Below are positions 54,362 through 61,819 of a DNA stretch of 61,819 nucleotides, in pieces. The translations under genes were made by a program, and so were the position numbers. The stretch covers positions 1 to 61,819 of the forward strand of contig CAZMOW010000005.1 in assembly GCA_964567975.1 (NCBI GenBank), given 5' to 3'. Source of the DNA: an uncultured Anaerolineales bacterium (lineage in GTDB: Bacteria; Chloroflexota; Anaerolineae; UBA1429). Below the pieces are notes generated by a model, which was given only the letters and a program-made list of their open reading frames with translations, did no database searches and was not told where the DNA came from. The stretch's first letter is position 1. Every line of letters begins with the position of its first letter.

Positions 54362-55303
54362 TTAGTCCTGATCATCTCCGCGGGTAAAGAGGTCGTCCAG
54401 GTTGTCGAGCTCATCCCAGGCGTCGTCCAGGGGGATAAAGGGGCGCTCCACAAAATCCTTGGCCACGTTCTCCAGGTATTCCCTGACGTGGAGTTCCGGG
54501 TGCTTTTTTTCCAGTTCCTCGATCCTCTCGTCCCATTCCTCAATGAGTTCCTGGCTCTGCTCCTGCAATTCTGACAGGTCGAGCCCCAGTTTGAACATAT
54601 AGTCGATGCGTACCATCAGGTCGTACCAGGCCTTCCAGTCCGTCTCTACGCGCATCCCCTGCAGGGTGATGCCCAGTTGACTGAACTCGTAGGCGGGCGC
54701 AAAGGCATAGAGTACCACCAATTCCATGACATATCGTTCCGCGCAGTGGGCCAGGTAGGTGCCAATCGTCGCGCCACCCTCATAATTGGAGAATCTTACG
54801 GAATACTTTTCCAGTTCCTCTTTCATGTCGGGGAGGCTGTAGACGCAGGAGGCATCCCGATCCCTATCATAGGGCGTGGAACCGTATACGCCTCCCACAG
54901 CCACGATCCGTTTGACTTTTAGGGCCTCGGCCATTTCAAAGAAAGCCCTGGCATACTCGTCCTCTTGCCGATGCGGCTCATCTCCCAAAAAGATCACCAA
55001 TCCTTCATCTCCGAGATCAGCGTAAAAGATCTCGTTTTTGTTGCCTATCACGTCTTCCCGATATCCGTCCACGAGTTTTACGTGGGGTCTGAGCAGATGA
55101 TGCGCTCCCGGGATCTGAAAGAGATAGAAACCATCATAGGCGATCTCTCCTATCTTTCGCGCATCTGTGAGATCGACAAGATAGTCAGGGAGTCCAGAAG
55201 AGATCTCTCCGGCGTCGGCCCACTGGCGCCAGCCGGCGATCATATAATTATCCTTTTCCACGGGCGTTTCCCACAAATCGACGATCTCATTCATATCGTC
55301 CAC
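54362..55303 (-). CDS. PAC2-family (proteasome-assembly-chaperone-like) protein
   Basis: MIAGWRQWADAGEISSGLPDYLV and the overall ~310-aa layout resemble bacterial PAC2-family proteins (recalled). Start is GTG 55303 or ATG 55294. Confidence 0.5.
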   Translation of the reverse strand: MDDMNEIVDLWETPVEKDNYMIAGWRQWADAGEISSGLPDYLVDLTDARKIGEIAYDGFYLFQIPGAHHLLRPHVKLVDGYREDVIGNKNEIFYADLGDEGLVIFLGDEPHRQEDEYARAFFEMAEALKVKRIVAVGGVYGSTPYDRDRDASCVYSLPDMKEELEKYSVRFSNYEGGATIGTYLAHCAERYVMELVVLYAFAPAYEFSQLGITLQGMRVETDWKAWYDLMVRIDYMFKLGLDLSELQEQSQELIEEWDERIEELEKKHPELHVREYLENVAKDFVERPFIPLDDAWDELDNLDDLFTRGDDQD

Positions 55304-55489
55304 CTCTCTATCTAGTCCTAGTTTTCTCGCTAGCGTGATAATCGCATCGCTAATCTATTTTGCCCCTGTTCGGGCTGTGGGTCAAACGAGGGAGCGGGCT
55401 TGGCAAGGTAGGTGCTCTTTTGTCACCGTGTTCACCTTGTGTTACTATGATTTCGTGGGTTGACTTTTTGTTGAGAGTGAGCGTCGGCT

Positions 55490-56953
55490 TTGACCAACCT
55501 GGTATGGGAGCGAATGCAGCGGTTTCTTGTTCATCGCCGTCCTCTCGTCCGCGCGCTTGTGGTGTTTACCGTATGTCTCGTAGCGGGGGGGCTCACTGGG
55601 GCTGTCATCGGTTCCCTGGGAGGGATCCTGGGGAGCGCGGCGCTGATCGCTCTGGCAGTAGGCTATTTTATGCTGAGGAGTGTCTTTGCCGGGCTGCTGG
55701 TGCTGGTGGGCATCATCTGTCTCCTGCCCTTTGCTGCCGTCCCCGTCGATATAGGATTTTCGCCCACCTTTCTTGACCTGGTGCTGTTTGGTATCTTTTT
55801 CGTCTGGATGAGCAAATTGGTGACGGAAAAGGATCAGGAGTTTGTCACCCACTCTCCCACGCTTCCCATGATCGTTTTTGTCCTTTTGGCCGTCGTATCT
55901 TTTATCGCCGGGCTCGGACATGCTCCCCTGACGGCAAATATGTTGCGGCACTTTGTTGAGATAATATTCAGTATACTCCTTTTCCTAGTCACCATCAACG
56001 TGGTGCGCGACAAGGAGCGTTTGCAGATTATTGTGGGGACCCTGATCCTGGCCGGTTCCCTCGCTGCATTGACGGGCATCGTGCTTTATATCCTGCCCGA
56101 TAATCTAACAGTGCGTCTGCTATCGACCCTTCGCATCGTGCGCTATCCTACCGGCTCTGGCGTCCTGCGCCATATCGAGGATAATCCCGATCTGCCCTTG
56201 CGGGCGACCTCAACCTCCGTCGATCCCAATGTTCTGGGGGGCATGCTCATCTTTACCGGCACCCTCACCGCTGCCCAGGCCCTGGCCAGACGTCCCCTGT
56301 TGCCCCGAGGGTGGCTCATTTTCATGTTGTTTGTCATCGTCACCTGCATGGGGCTTAGCTTCTCTCGCGGCTCGTTTGTGGGGTTGGGGGTGGCCTTTAT
56401 GCTTCTTGGCCTGCTCCGTTACAGGCGTATGTTGTGGATCGGGCTGGTGATACTTGCCTGTCTCTTCCTGCTGCCCTCGGCCCAGGTCTACGTTCAGCAC
56501 TTTGCTGAAGGAATACAGGGAGAGGATCTGGCCACGCAGATGCGCTTTGGCGAGTACAAGGACGCGCTCATCCTCATCTCGCGCTACCCGTGGCTTGGCG
56601 TGGGATTCGCGGGCACGCCCGACATCGATACCTATCTGGGCGTGTCTTCTGTATACCTGCTCATCGCGGAGGAGATGGGATTTCTTGGACTCGCCGCTTT
56701 TTTGAGTGTGCTGATCACGTTCGTGGTGCGCTTTTTACGGACATTTCCCCTCTGTTGCCGGGATTGGGAACTGGATCCTTTGCTTCTGGGCACCTGCCTG
56801 GCCGTAAGCGGTGCCATGGTGGCGGGACTTGTGGACCACTATCTCTTCAATCTCGATTTCCCCCATGCTTCCGCACTCCTTTGGCTTATGTTGGGTCTGG
56901 GCACCGTGAGTATCGAACTGGTGAGGGAAAAGTACGCGCAGGTCGAATCATAG
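55490..56953 (+). CDS. O-antigen ligase / polymerase (Wzy_C)-like polytopic membrane protein
   Basis: More than 10 TM-like segments with a central loop region SFSRGSFVGLGVAFMLLGL typical of Wzy_C. Start uncertain. Confidence 0.55.
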   Translation: MTNLVWERMQRFLVHRRPLVRALVVFTVCLVAGGLTGAVIGSLGGILGSAALIALAVGYFMLRSVFAGLLVLVGIICLLPFAAVPVDIGFSPTFLDLVLFGIFFVWMSKLVTEKDQEFVTHSPTLPMIVFVLLAVVSFIAGLGHAPLTANMLRHFVEIIFSILLFLVTINVVRDKERLQIIVGTLILAGSLAALTGIVLYILPDNLTVRLLSTLRIVRYPTGSGVLRHIEDNPDLPLRATSTSVDPNVLGGMLIFTGTLTAAQALARRPLLPRGWLIFMLFVIVTCMGLSFSRGSFVGLGVAFMLLGLLRYRRMLWIGLVILACLFLLPSAQVYVQHFAEGIQGEDLATQMRFGEYKDALILISRYPWLGVGFAGTPDIDTYLGVSSVYLLIAEEMGFLGLAAFLSVLITFVVRFLRTFPLCCRDWELDPLLLGTCLAVSGAMVAGLVDHYLFNLDFPHASALLWLMLGLGTVSIELVREKYAQVES

Positions 56954-57012
56954 ACTGTGGCTATCTGCGTGCGTCATTTGAAGGCACAGGCTGAGCATTT
57001 GCCGTTCAGGGG

Positions 57013-58068
57013 TTATGCGTATTGTTGGGCAACCTCCACCAGCATCATAAAATTCTTGGCGGCTCGCTTGCCATAAATCCCCGATGAGGTCCCTCCCAGC
57101 ATGTAGCCGACAGTTCCGACGCTTTCTAGCAGATTTGCTGCCATGGTCCGTATCTCCTTGGATGGACGTGTTTCCAGGACTTCCATGTCATCCAGCCCTC
57201 CCACGAGACAGACGCGGTCGCCGATGCGCCTCATGGCCTCGGCCATCTCTATATCCCCGTATGGTGGCTGTTCGATGGGATCCAGGGAATCGATCCCCAG
57301 TGCGGCGATGCGCTCGAGAAAAGCCTGCATATTGCCATGGTTGTGATAGTGGGCGATGGCATCGTGGGCGTGTATCATCTCCACCAATGGTCCGTCGTAG
57401 GGCGCGACGAGCTCGTCCCAGGCCCGGGGTCCCATGAGCTGCGTGGCGTATTCTCCGCCAACAATGCGGAAACAATCGACACCCGCCTCGCAGGCCTCCT
57501 CTACCAGGCCGTGAATCCGCTCGGCGGCTGTGGCCACGAGATCGCGTATGATGTCCGGCTCTGCCGCCCACAGGTAGCTGCAGTACTCGGTGCCCAGCAT
57601 GTCGTTGGGATAGCACAGGGCGTTGGGTACTCCCATGACGACGAGACCGTCCTCTCCTATCTCCCTCCGGAGGTCCACGTATGCTTCCACGTCGGGATGG
57701 GGTGGGGTGTAGGGGATGGCGCGCAGCGCCTCGATATCCTCTTCTGTCTCGCAAAAATAGTTTGTGCAGGCCGTCGTCTCTGCCGTCGTGGTGCGGATGG
57801 AGACAAGGTCCCTGCCTGGGGTGTGGAGGACGCGTCGCTCACTGTTCCCTCGTCGCTCTATCTCCAGGGGAAAATACGCCCCACCCACCGGTCGGCATCC
57901 GAGGCCGATCTCGATCCACGGATCCGTGCGCGTGACGAGTTCTCGTCCCAGGGGACTGTGCATGGGGATGCGTCCCAGCCCCCAGGGGGAGACGGGCACA
58001 CGGTCGGGCGGAATGTGGTGGATGGCAGCCAACATACGTTCTCGTGAGGTCATGTGATGGGAGTTCAT
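57013..58068 (-). CDS. uroporphyrinogen-decarboxylase (URO-D) family protein, methyltransferase-like
   Basis: MTSRERMLAAIHHIPPDRVPVSPW N-terminus and a 351-aa TIM-barrel-size protein typical of URO-D/MtaA-like proteins. Confidence 0.6.
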   Translation of the reverse strand: MNSHHMTSRERMLAAIHHIPPDRVPVSPWGLGRIPMHSPLGRELVTRTDPWIEIGLGCRPVGGAYFPLEIERRGNSERRVLHTPGRDLVSIRTTTAETTACTNYFCETEEDIEALRAIPYTPPHPDVEAYVDLRREIGEDGLVVMGVPNALCYPNDMLGTEYCSYLWAAEPDIIRDLVATAAERIHGLVEEACEAGVDCFRIVGGEYATQLMGPRAWDELVAPYDGPLVEMIHAHDAIAHYHNHGNMQAFLERIAALGIDSLDPIEQPPYGDIEMAEAMRRIGDRVCLVGGLDDMEVLETRPSKEIRTMAANLLESVGTVGYMLGGTSSGIYGKRAAKNFMMLVEVAQQYA

Positions 58069-58214
58069 GGTATGTTTTTCATCTCATCGTAAGCGTTCCC
58101 CGCATCTAGGCGTTGAATACAGGTTGATCGTCGTATAGGGAGGGGTGCAGGAGCGATGGCAAGACTTTTCCAAAAGTTTTGCTAGAGGTGGAGCGGCGTG
58201 TTTTTGCGACTTGT

Positions 58215-59195
58215 CTAACGAGCGAGAACCTGAACAAGATCGTAGTATCTTTCCTCGATCTGGGGTTTGCCTTCTAATACCTCGGTCAGCGGTGCAATTC
58301 TAATCTCGTCATCGACACACCCGACCATAACGCCGCTCTTGCCCTCCTGCAGCGCCTCGACGGCTGCGGCGCCGAGGCGGGTGGCCAGCAAGCGATCCTT
58401 TGCTGTGGGAGAGCCTCCGCGTTGAATATAGCCCAGGACACTCAGGCGGGCTCCGAACCCCGTCTCCTCCTTGTGTTCCTCGATATAGTCGGTGATGGCG
58501 GCGGTGTCTGGCTCCATATCCTGTGCGACGGTGATGATGCAATATCGCTTGCCGCGCACATAGGCCTCCGCCAAATGCTGCACGATCTCTTCCAAACCGA
58601 GGGGCACCTCGGGAATACAGACCATCTCTGCCCCATCGGCGAGGCCCACCATCAGGGCCATATAGCCCGTTCCCCCGACGGTCTCTACCAAAAAGGCCAG
58701 CTCGCGCGATAAGGCTGTATCTCTGATGTGGTCGATGGCTTCCAGGGCCGTGTTCAGTGCCGTATCGACCCCCAGGGCCATGGTGGTGCCCGGTATGTCG
58801 TTCTCCACGTCGGCCGGCACACCCACGGTGGGAAATCCAGCCTCCGCAAGGAAGCGCGCTCCTTCCAGGCTCTCGTCGTCCCCTATGACTACCAGGCTAT
58901 CGATGTCCATCTCGTGGAGATTGCGCAATGCCTTGCGCAGTTCGGGACATCCTGCAAACGCCTCACCCTCTGACGCGCCGAGGAATGTTCCCCCCTTGTC
59001 GATGATGTGACTGACGGAACGGGATGAAAGTCGTTCAAACTCCCCGCTTCGCAGCCCGGTGTAGCCCTCCCTTATGCCCCAGGGCTCCAGATCACAGTGG
59101 ATGGCCATACGCACGACAGCACGAATGCAGGCGTTGAGGGCGGGATTTCCTGCTCCTGCCGTCAAAATCCCCAGACGTCTGAGCCGGTTGTTCAT
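58215..59195 (-). CDS. phosphofructokinase family A protein with non-canonical active-site motifs
   Basis: RLGILTAGAGNPALNACIRAVV, VVIGDDESLEGA, VGVPADVENDIPGT and LGYIQRGGSPT align by eye with E. coli PfkA. ATG 59195 (MNNRLRR) is taken because the longer track ORF overlaps pgk. Confidence 0.7.
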   Translation of the reverse strand: MNNRLRRLGILTAGAGNPALNACIRAVVRMAIHCDLEPWGIREGYTGLRSGEFERLSSRSVSHIIDKGGTFLGASEGEAFAGCPELRKALRNLHEMDIDSLVVIGDDESLEGARFLAEAGFPTVGVPADVENDIPGTTMALGVDTALNTALEAIDHIRDTALSRELAFLVETVGGTGYMALMVGLADGAEMVCIPEVPLGLEEIVQHLAEAYVRGKRYCIITVAQDMEPDTAAITDYIEEHKEETGFGARLSVLGYIQRGGSPTAKDRLLATRLGAAAVEALQEGKSGVMVGCVDDEIRIAPLTEVLEGKPQIEERYYDLVQVLAR

Positions 59196-59286
59196 GATAG
59201 CGGCGATACCTCCTTGAAAGTGGATATTTTCTCGTGATTGTGTTCTGCGCAATTGCGAGATATGCCTCTCGATGTTCAGGGGTCTG

Positions 59287-60465
59287 CTACTTCTCGCCAT
59301 CCAGTGCGGCGATACCGGGAAGTTCCTTTCCCTCGAGGAACATGAGGGAGGCCCCACCTCCGGTGGATACGTGCGTGATGTCGTCGGCCACGCCGGCCTG
59401 TTGCACCGCCGCGGCGGAATCTCCTCCTCCGATGATGGTGGTGGCCTCCGATGCTGCCAGAGCTTTGGCCAGCTCAAAGGTTCCCTGGGCAAAGGGAGCG
59501 AGCTCGAAGACGCCCATGGGGCCATTCCAGACGACGGTCGCGGCATCTTGCACCGCCTTTGCAAAGGTTTTCCCCGTCTCTGGACCAATATCGAGGATGC
59601 GCCAGCCCGCCTCCACGTCGCCAGCGGGGATCGTTCTGCTGTTCGCATCTGCAGAGAAGGCATCGGCCACCACCATGTCCTGGGGCAGACGCAGCTTGTC
59701 GCCCGCCTGTTCCAAGAAGCGGGCCGCGGCGTCGACGCTTTCCTCCTCTACAAGAGAATCGCCCAGGGCATAGCCCTGGGCTTTGAAAAAAGTATTGGCC
59801 ATCCCGCCGCCTACGAGGAGCGCCTCCACTTTATCCAAGAGGTTCTCGATCACGCCGATCTTGTCCGATACCTTGGCTCCCCCGAGGATGGTCACAAAGG
59901 GGTGTTCCGGATTCTCCACAGCGTTGCCCAGAAAGGTGATCTCCTTGTCCACGAGAAAGCCGGCCACGGCAGGGAGATGTTCAGCGACGCCCACCATGGA
60001 GGCGTGGGCGCGATGACAGGTACCAAAAGCGTCGTTCACATATACGTCGCCCAATTTGGCCAAACCTTGGGCGAACTGGGGATCATTAGCCCTCTCGCCG
60101 GGGTGGAAGCGCAGGTTTTCCAAAAGTATGACCCCGCCCGCCTCGTTGGCCTCCACCGCCGCTTCCACCTCTGGGCCCACACAGTCGTCAAGTTTGTTTA
60201 CTGGCGCTTGGAGTAGTTCGCTCAGGCGCGCGGCCACCGGGTCCATGCGCAGTGATTCGTCCATCTCTCCCTGGGGACGGCCAAGGTGGGAGCAGAGGCT
60301 GAGCGCCGCGCCCTGCTCGCGCAAGTACTGGATGGTGGGCAGGGCTGCCCGAATGCGCGTGTCATCTGTGACTTCCCGGTCCTCGTTCAGTGGCACATTA
60401 AAATCGCAGCGCATGATGGCACGCTTTCCCGTCCAATCGATGTCCTTTATCGTCTTCTTGTTCAT
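59287..60465 (-). CDS. pgk: phosphoglycerate kinase
   Basis: [40 protein letters not shown]. Confidence 0.95.
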   Translation of the reverse strand: MNKKTIKDIDWTGKRAIMRCDFNVPLNEDREVTDDTRIRAALPTIQYLREQGAALSLCSHLGRPQGEMDESLRMDPVAARLSELLQAPVNKLDDCVGPEVEAAVEANEAGGVILLENLRFHPGERANDPQFAQGLAKLGDVYVNDAFGTCHRAHASMVGVAEHLPAVAGFLVDKEITFLGNAVENPEHPFVTILGGAKVSDKIGVIENLLDKVEALLVGGGMANTFFKAQGYALGDSLVEEESVDAAARFLEQAGDKLRLPQDMVVADAFSADANSRTIPAGDVEAGWRILDIGPETGKTFAKAVQDAATVVWNGPMGVFELAPFAQGTFELAKALAASEATTIIGGGDSAAAVQQAGVADDITHVSTGGGASLMFLEGKELPGIAALDGEK

Positions 60466-60571
60466 TGTATAACCTCCTTGATGAGCACGTTCGCCATGTT
60501 AGTATATTCTATGAAAGTCGGGGGCATTGTATCACAACGCTCATGCCGTGTAAAGCAGTCTGAAATAATTT

Positions 60572-60600
60572 TTGACAGACCTTTTCTAATATGATACGCT
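60572..60600 (+). promoter_or_regulatory. sigma70-like promoter candidate for the P-type ATPase leader
   Basis: TTGACA (60572-60577), a 17-nt spacer, then TACGCT (60595-60600). Confidence 0.4.
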
Positions 60601-60609
60601 CTTCTCGAG

Positions 60610-60747
60610 ATGAAAAAAATGTGTGTTCAACGTAGGCTTCCTCGCGACCGGCGTCATTTATCTGTTTGTTCGGTTTGTGCTGCCGTGAGTTGTGAGGTAC
60701 TTTGGCATTTCATAGATTTTATTCCCTCGCCGCACAGTCAGAGGTGA
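60610..60747 (+). CDS. candidate 45-codon leader ORF (Cys/Arg-rich)
   Basis: Hand translation: MKKMCVQRRLPRDRRHLSVCSVCAAVSCEVLWHFIDFIPSPHSQR-stop. The ATG lies about 3 nt after the predicted transcription start, and the stop codon lies inside the terminator 3-prime arm. No SD sequence. Confidence 0.25.
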   Translation: MKKMCVQRRLPRDRRHLSVCSVCAAVSCEVLWHFIDFIPSPHSQR

Positions 60748-60756
60748 GGGTTTTTT
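60724..60756 (+). terminator. intrinsic-terminator-like hairpin inside the ATPase 5-prime leader (attenuator candidate)
   Basis: CCCTCGCC (60724-60731), an 11-nt loop, GGTGAGGG (60743-50; 8 bp including one G-U pair), then TTTTTT (60751-60756). Lies 57 nt before the ATPase ATG. Confidence 0.55.
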
Positions 60757-60812
60757 GTTTACCTTCCTATATTATCATTGGATTGGATCAAAAGGGGGTT
60801 TGTAACTAGCAG

Positions 60813-61819
60813 ATGGAAAACGATGATGATCGGGAGGCAGAACAACCTCCGGATTCACGGGATGATGTGTATCGCGAGGATGTAGATAGGCCCTGGGCTC
60901 GTTCCGCCGATGAAGTACTCGAGGCGTTGGAGGTCTCTCCGGAGGAGGGACTGGATGGGGGCGAGGTGCGGCGACGGCGACGGCGCTATGGCCGGAATCG
61001 GCTCCGAGAGGCGGAGACGGAGAGCGTCTGGGAGATCTTGATTCGGCAGTTCAAGAGCCTCATCGTGGCCCTGCTGGCCGCCGCGTCGGTGCTTTCCTTT
61101 GTCTTTGGGGAGTTTGTGGAGGGCATCGCCATTGGGGTGGTGATCGTGATAAATGGGATCATCGGCTTTGTGATGGAACTCAGGGCTGTGCGTTCCATGG
61201 AGGCTCTGCAGGAGCTCGGCCGGGTGGAGGTCAAGGTCCGCCGCGAAGGACAGAGAAAAGAGATCCCGGCTCAGGATCTCGTGCCGGGCGATATCGTGGA
61301 TCTCGAGGGGGGCGACATCGTGACCGCCGACCTTTGTCTCTTTGAGGCTTCTAAACTTCAGGCCAACGAGTCAGCCCTGACGGGAGAGTCCGTGCCCGTG
61401 GGCAAACAGGTCGATCCCATCGCGGAGGACGCGCCCCTGGCCGAGAGATCCAACATGGTCTTCAAGGGGACGGCGATAACGCGGGGATCGGGCAAAGGGG
61501 TGGCCGTCACCACCGGCATGGATACCGAACTGGGACACATCTCTTCCCTCGTGGCGACGGCGGAGGAGGAGATCACGCCCCTGGAAAGGCGGCTCGACGA
61601 TCTCGGCCAGCGGTTGATCTGGGTCACCCTGGGCGTCACTGCATTCGTCGTCCTCTCGGGCATGTTGAGGAACGAAAAAGATCTTTTTCTGATGATGCGA
61701 GCGGGCATCGCCCTGGCGGTGGCCGGTATACCGGAGGGTCTGCCCATCGTGGCCACCATCGCGCTGGCGCGAGGCATGTGGCGCATGGCCCGGCGCAACG
61801 CGGTGGTCAACCGGCTCTC
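60813..61819 (+). CDS. cation-transporting P-type ATPase (type II, Ca2+/Mg2+-ATPase-like), 3-prime-partial
   Basis: Not in the ORF track because it runs off the window. Hand translation: MENDDDREAEQPP...WARSADEVLEALEVSPEEGLDGGEVRRRRRRYGRNRL (Cation_ATPase_N), LVPGDIVDLEGGDIVTADL, ESALTGESVPV (TGES actuator motif), IPEGLP. Confidence 0.85.
   Translation, partial: MENDDDREAEQPPDSRDDVYREDVDRPWARSADEVLEALEVSPEEGLDGGEVRRRRRRYGRNRLREAETESVWEILIRQFKSLIVALLAAASVLSFVFGEFVEGIAIGVVIVINGIIGFVMELRAVRSMEALQELGRVEVKVRREGQRKEIPAQDLVPGDIVDLEGGDIVTADLCLFEASKLQANESALTGESVPVGKQVDPIAEDAPLAERSNMVFKGTAITRGSGKGVAVTTGMDTELGHISSLVATAEEEITPLERRLDDLGQRLIWVTLGVTAFVVLSGMLRNEKDLFLMMRAGIALAVAGIPEGLPIVATIALARGMWRMARRNAVVNRL

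Noticed and set aside
54334-54543. 70-codon N-terminal extension of the pepF ORF
   Set aside because: It overlaps the C-terminus of the PAC2-family gene and has a low-complexity Thr/Trp/Arg composition. The internal ATG at 54333 gives a normal PepF N-terminus.
59196-59663. N-terminal 156-codon extension of the PFK-family ORF in the track (58215-59663)
   Set aside because: The extension overlaps the 3-prime end of pgk in another frame and is Pro/Arg/Ser-rich. Homology to PfkA begins at MNNRLRRLGILT (ATG 59195).
60986-61810. Minus-strand ORFs (82 aa and 150 aa) antisense to the P-type ATPase
   Set aside because: The plus strand encodes clear Cation_ATPase_N and TGES motifs. The ATPase is missing from the track only because it has no stop inside the window.
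1-61819. tRNA, rRNA, tmRNA, known riboswitch classes and prophage or defence gene cassettes
   Set aside because: I scanned all intergenic gaps longer than 60 bp by eye and saw no cloverleaf-like or rRNA-like sequence. I also saw no restriction, Cas, toxin-antitoxin or phage structural gene signatures. This is a visual negative only and should be confirmed with tRNAscan-SE, Infernal and DefenseFinder.

Overview
61.8-kb, high-GC bacterial chromosomal window. The taxon cannot be determined here, but the DUF2298/TIGR03663 gene families and a GAAC-N4-GTTC LexA box make a Chloroflexota-like organism a reasonable guess. Layout: (1) nt 1-14501: four co-directional genes encoding more than 4,700 aa of GT-C-type / DUF2298 'YYY' / TIGR03663-type polytopic membrane protein, one ending in an NHL propeller. 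This is the least understood block and in my view the most interesting. (2) 14.5-20.4 kb: sucCD, a HAD hydrolase and a four-subunit 2-oxoacid:ferredoxin oxidoreductase (korD-korA-korB, a spacer, then korC). (3) 20.4-27.6 kb: housekeeping genes (NUDIX, CCA-adding enzyme, PP2C-like phosphatase, small P-loop protein, secDF, MOFRL glycerate kinase). (4) 27.6-33.1 kb: a putative sugar-acid module (orphan solute-binding lipoprotein, enolase-superfamily enzyme, aldo-keto reductase, lactate-permease-family transporter) with a symmetric divergent promoter. (5) 33.2-48.9 kb: a 15.6-kb all-minus-strand array of exporters (two DrrAB-like ABC-2 systems, a MOT1-like transporter, four MsbA-like half transporters). 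It is full of rearrangement scars: a ~1.97-kb direct repeat with an identical core, an IS110-family remnant, two ATPase fragments broken at the Walker A codons, an in-frame ATPase-permease chimera, a duplicated and pseudogenised arsR, a low-GC patch, and a 40-codon Cys/His-rich ORF behind arsR that is absent from the supplied ORF track. (6) 49-60.5 kb: lexA with an SOS box, sugar nucleotidyltransferase, DapA-family lyase, flavodoxin, a PAC2-PepF pair, an O-antigen-ligase-like protein, a URO-D-family protein, an atypical PfkA-family protein and pgk. (7) The 5-prime part of a P-type ATPase, preceded by an attenuator-like leader. No rRNA, tRNA or CRISPR array was recognised by eye. All family assignments come from motif recognition without database searches.
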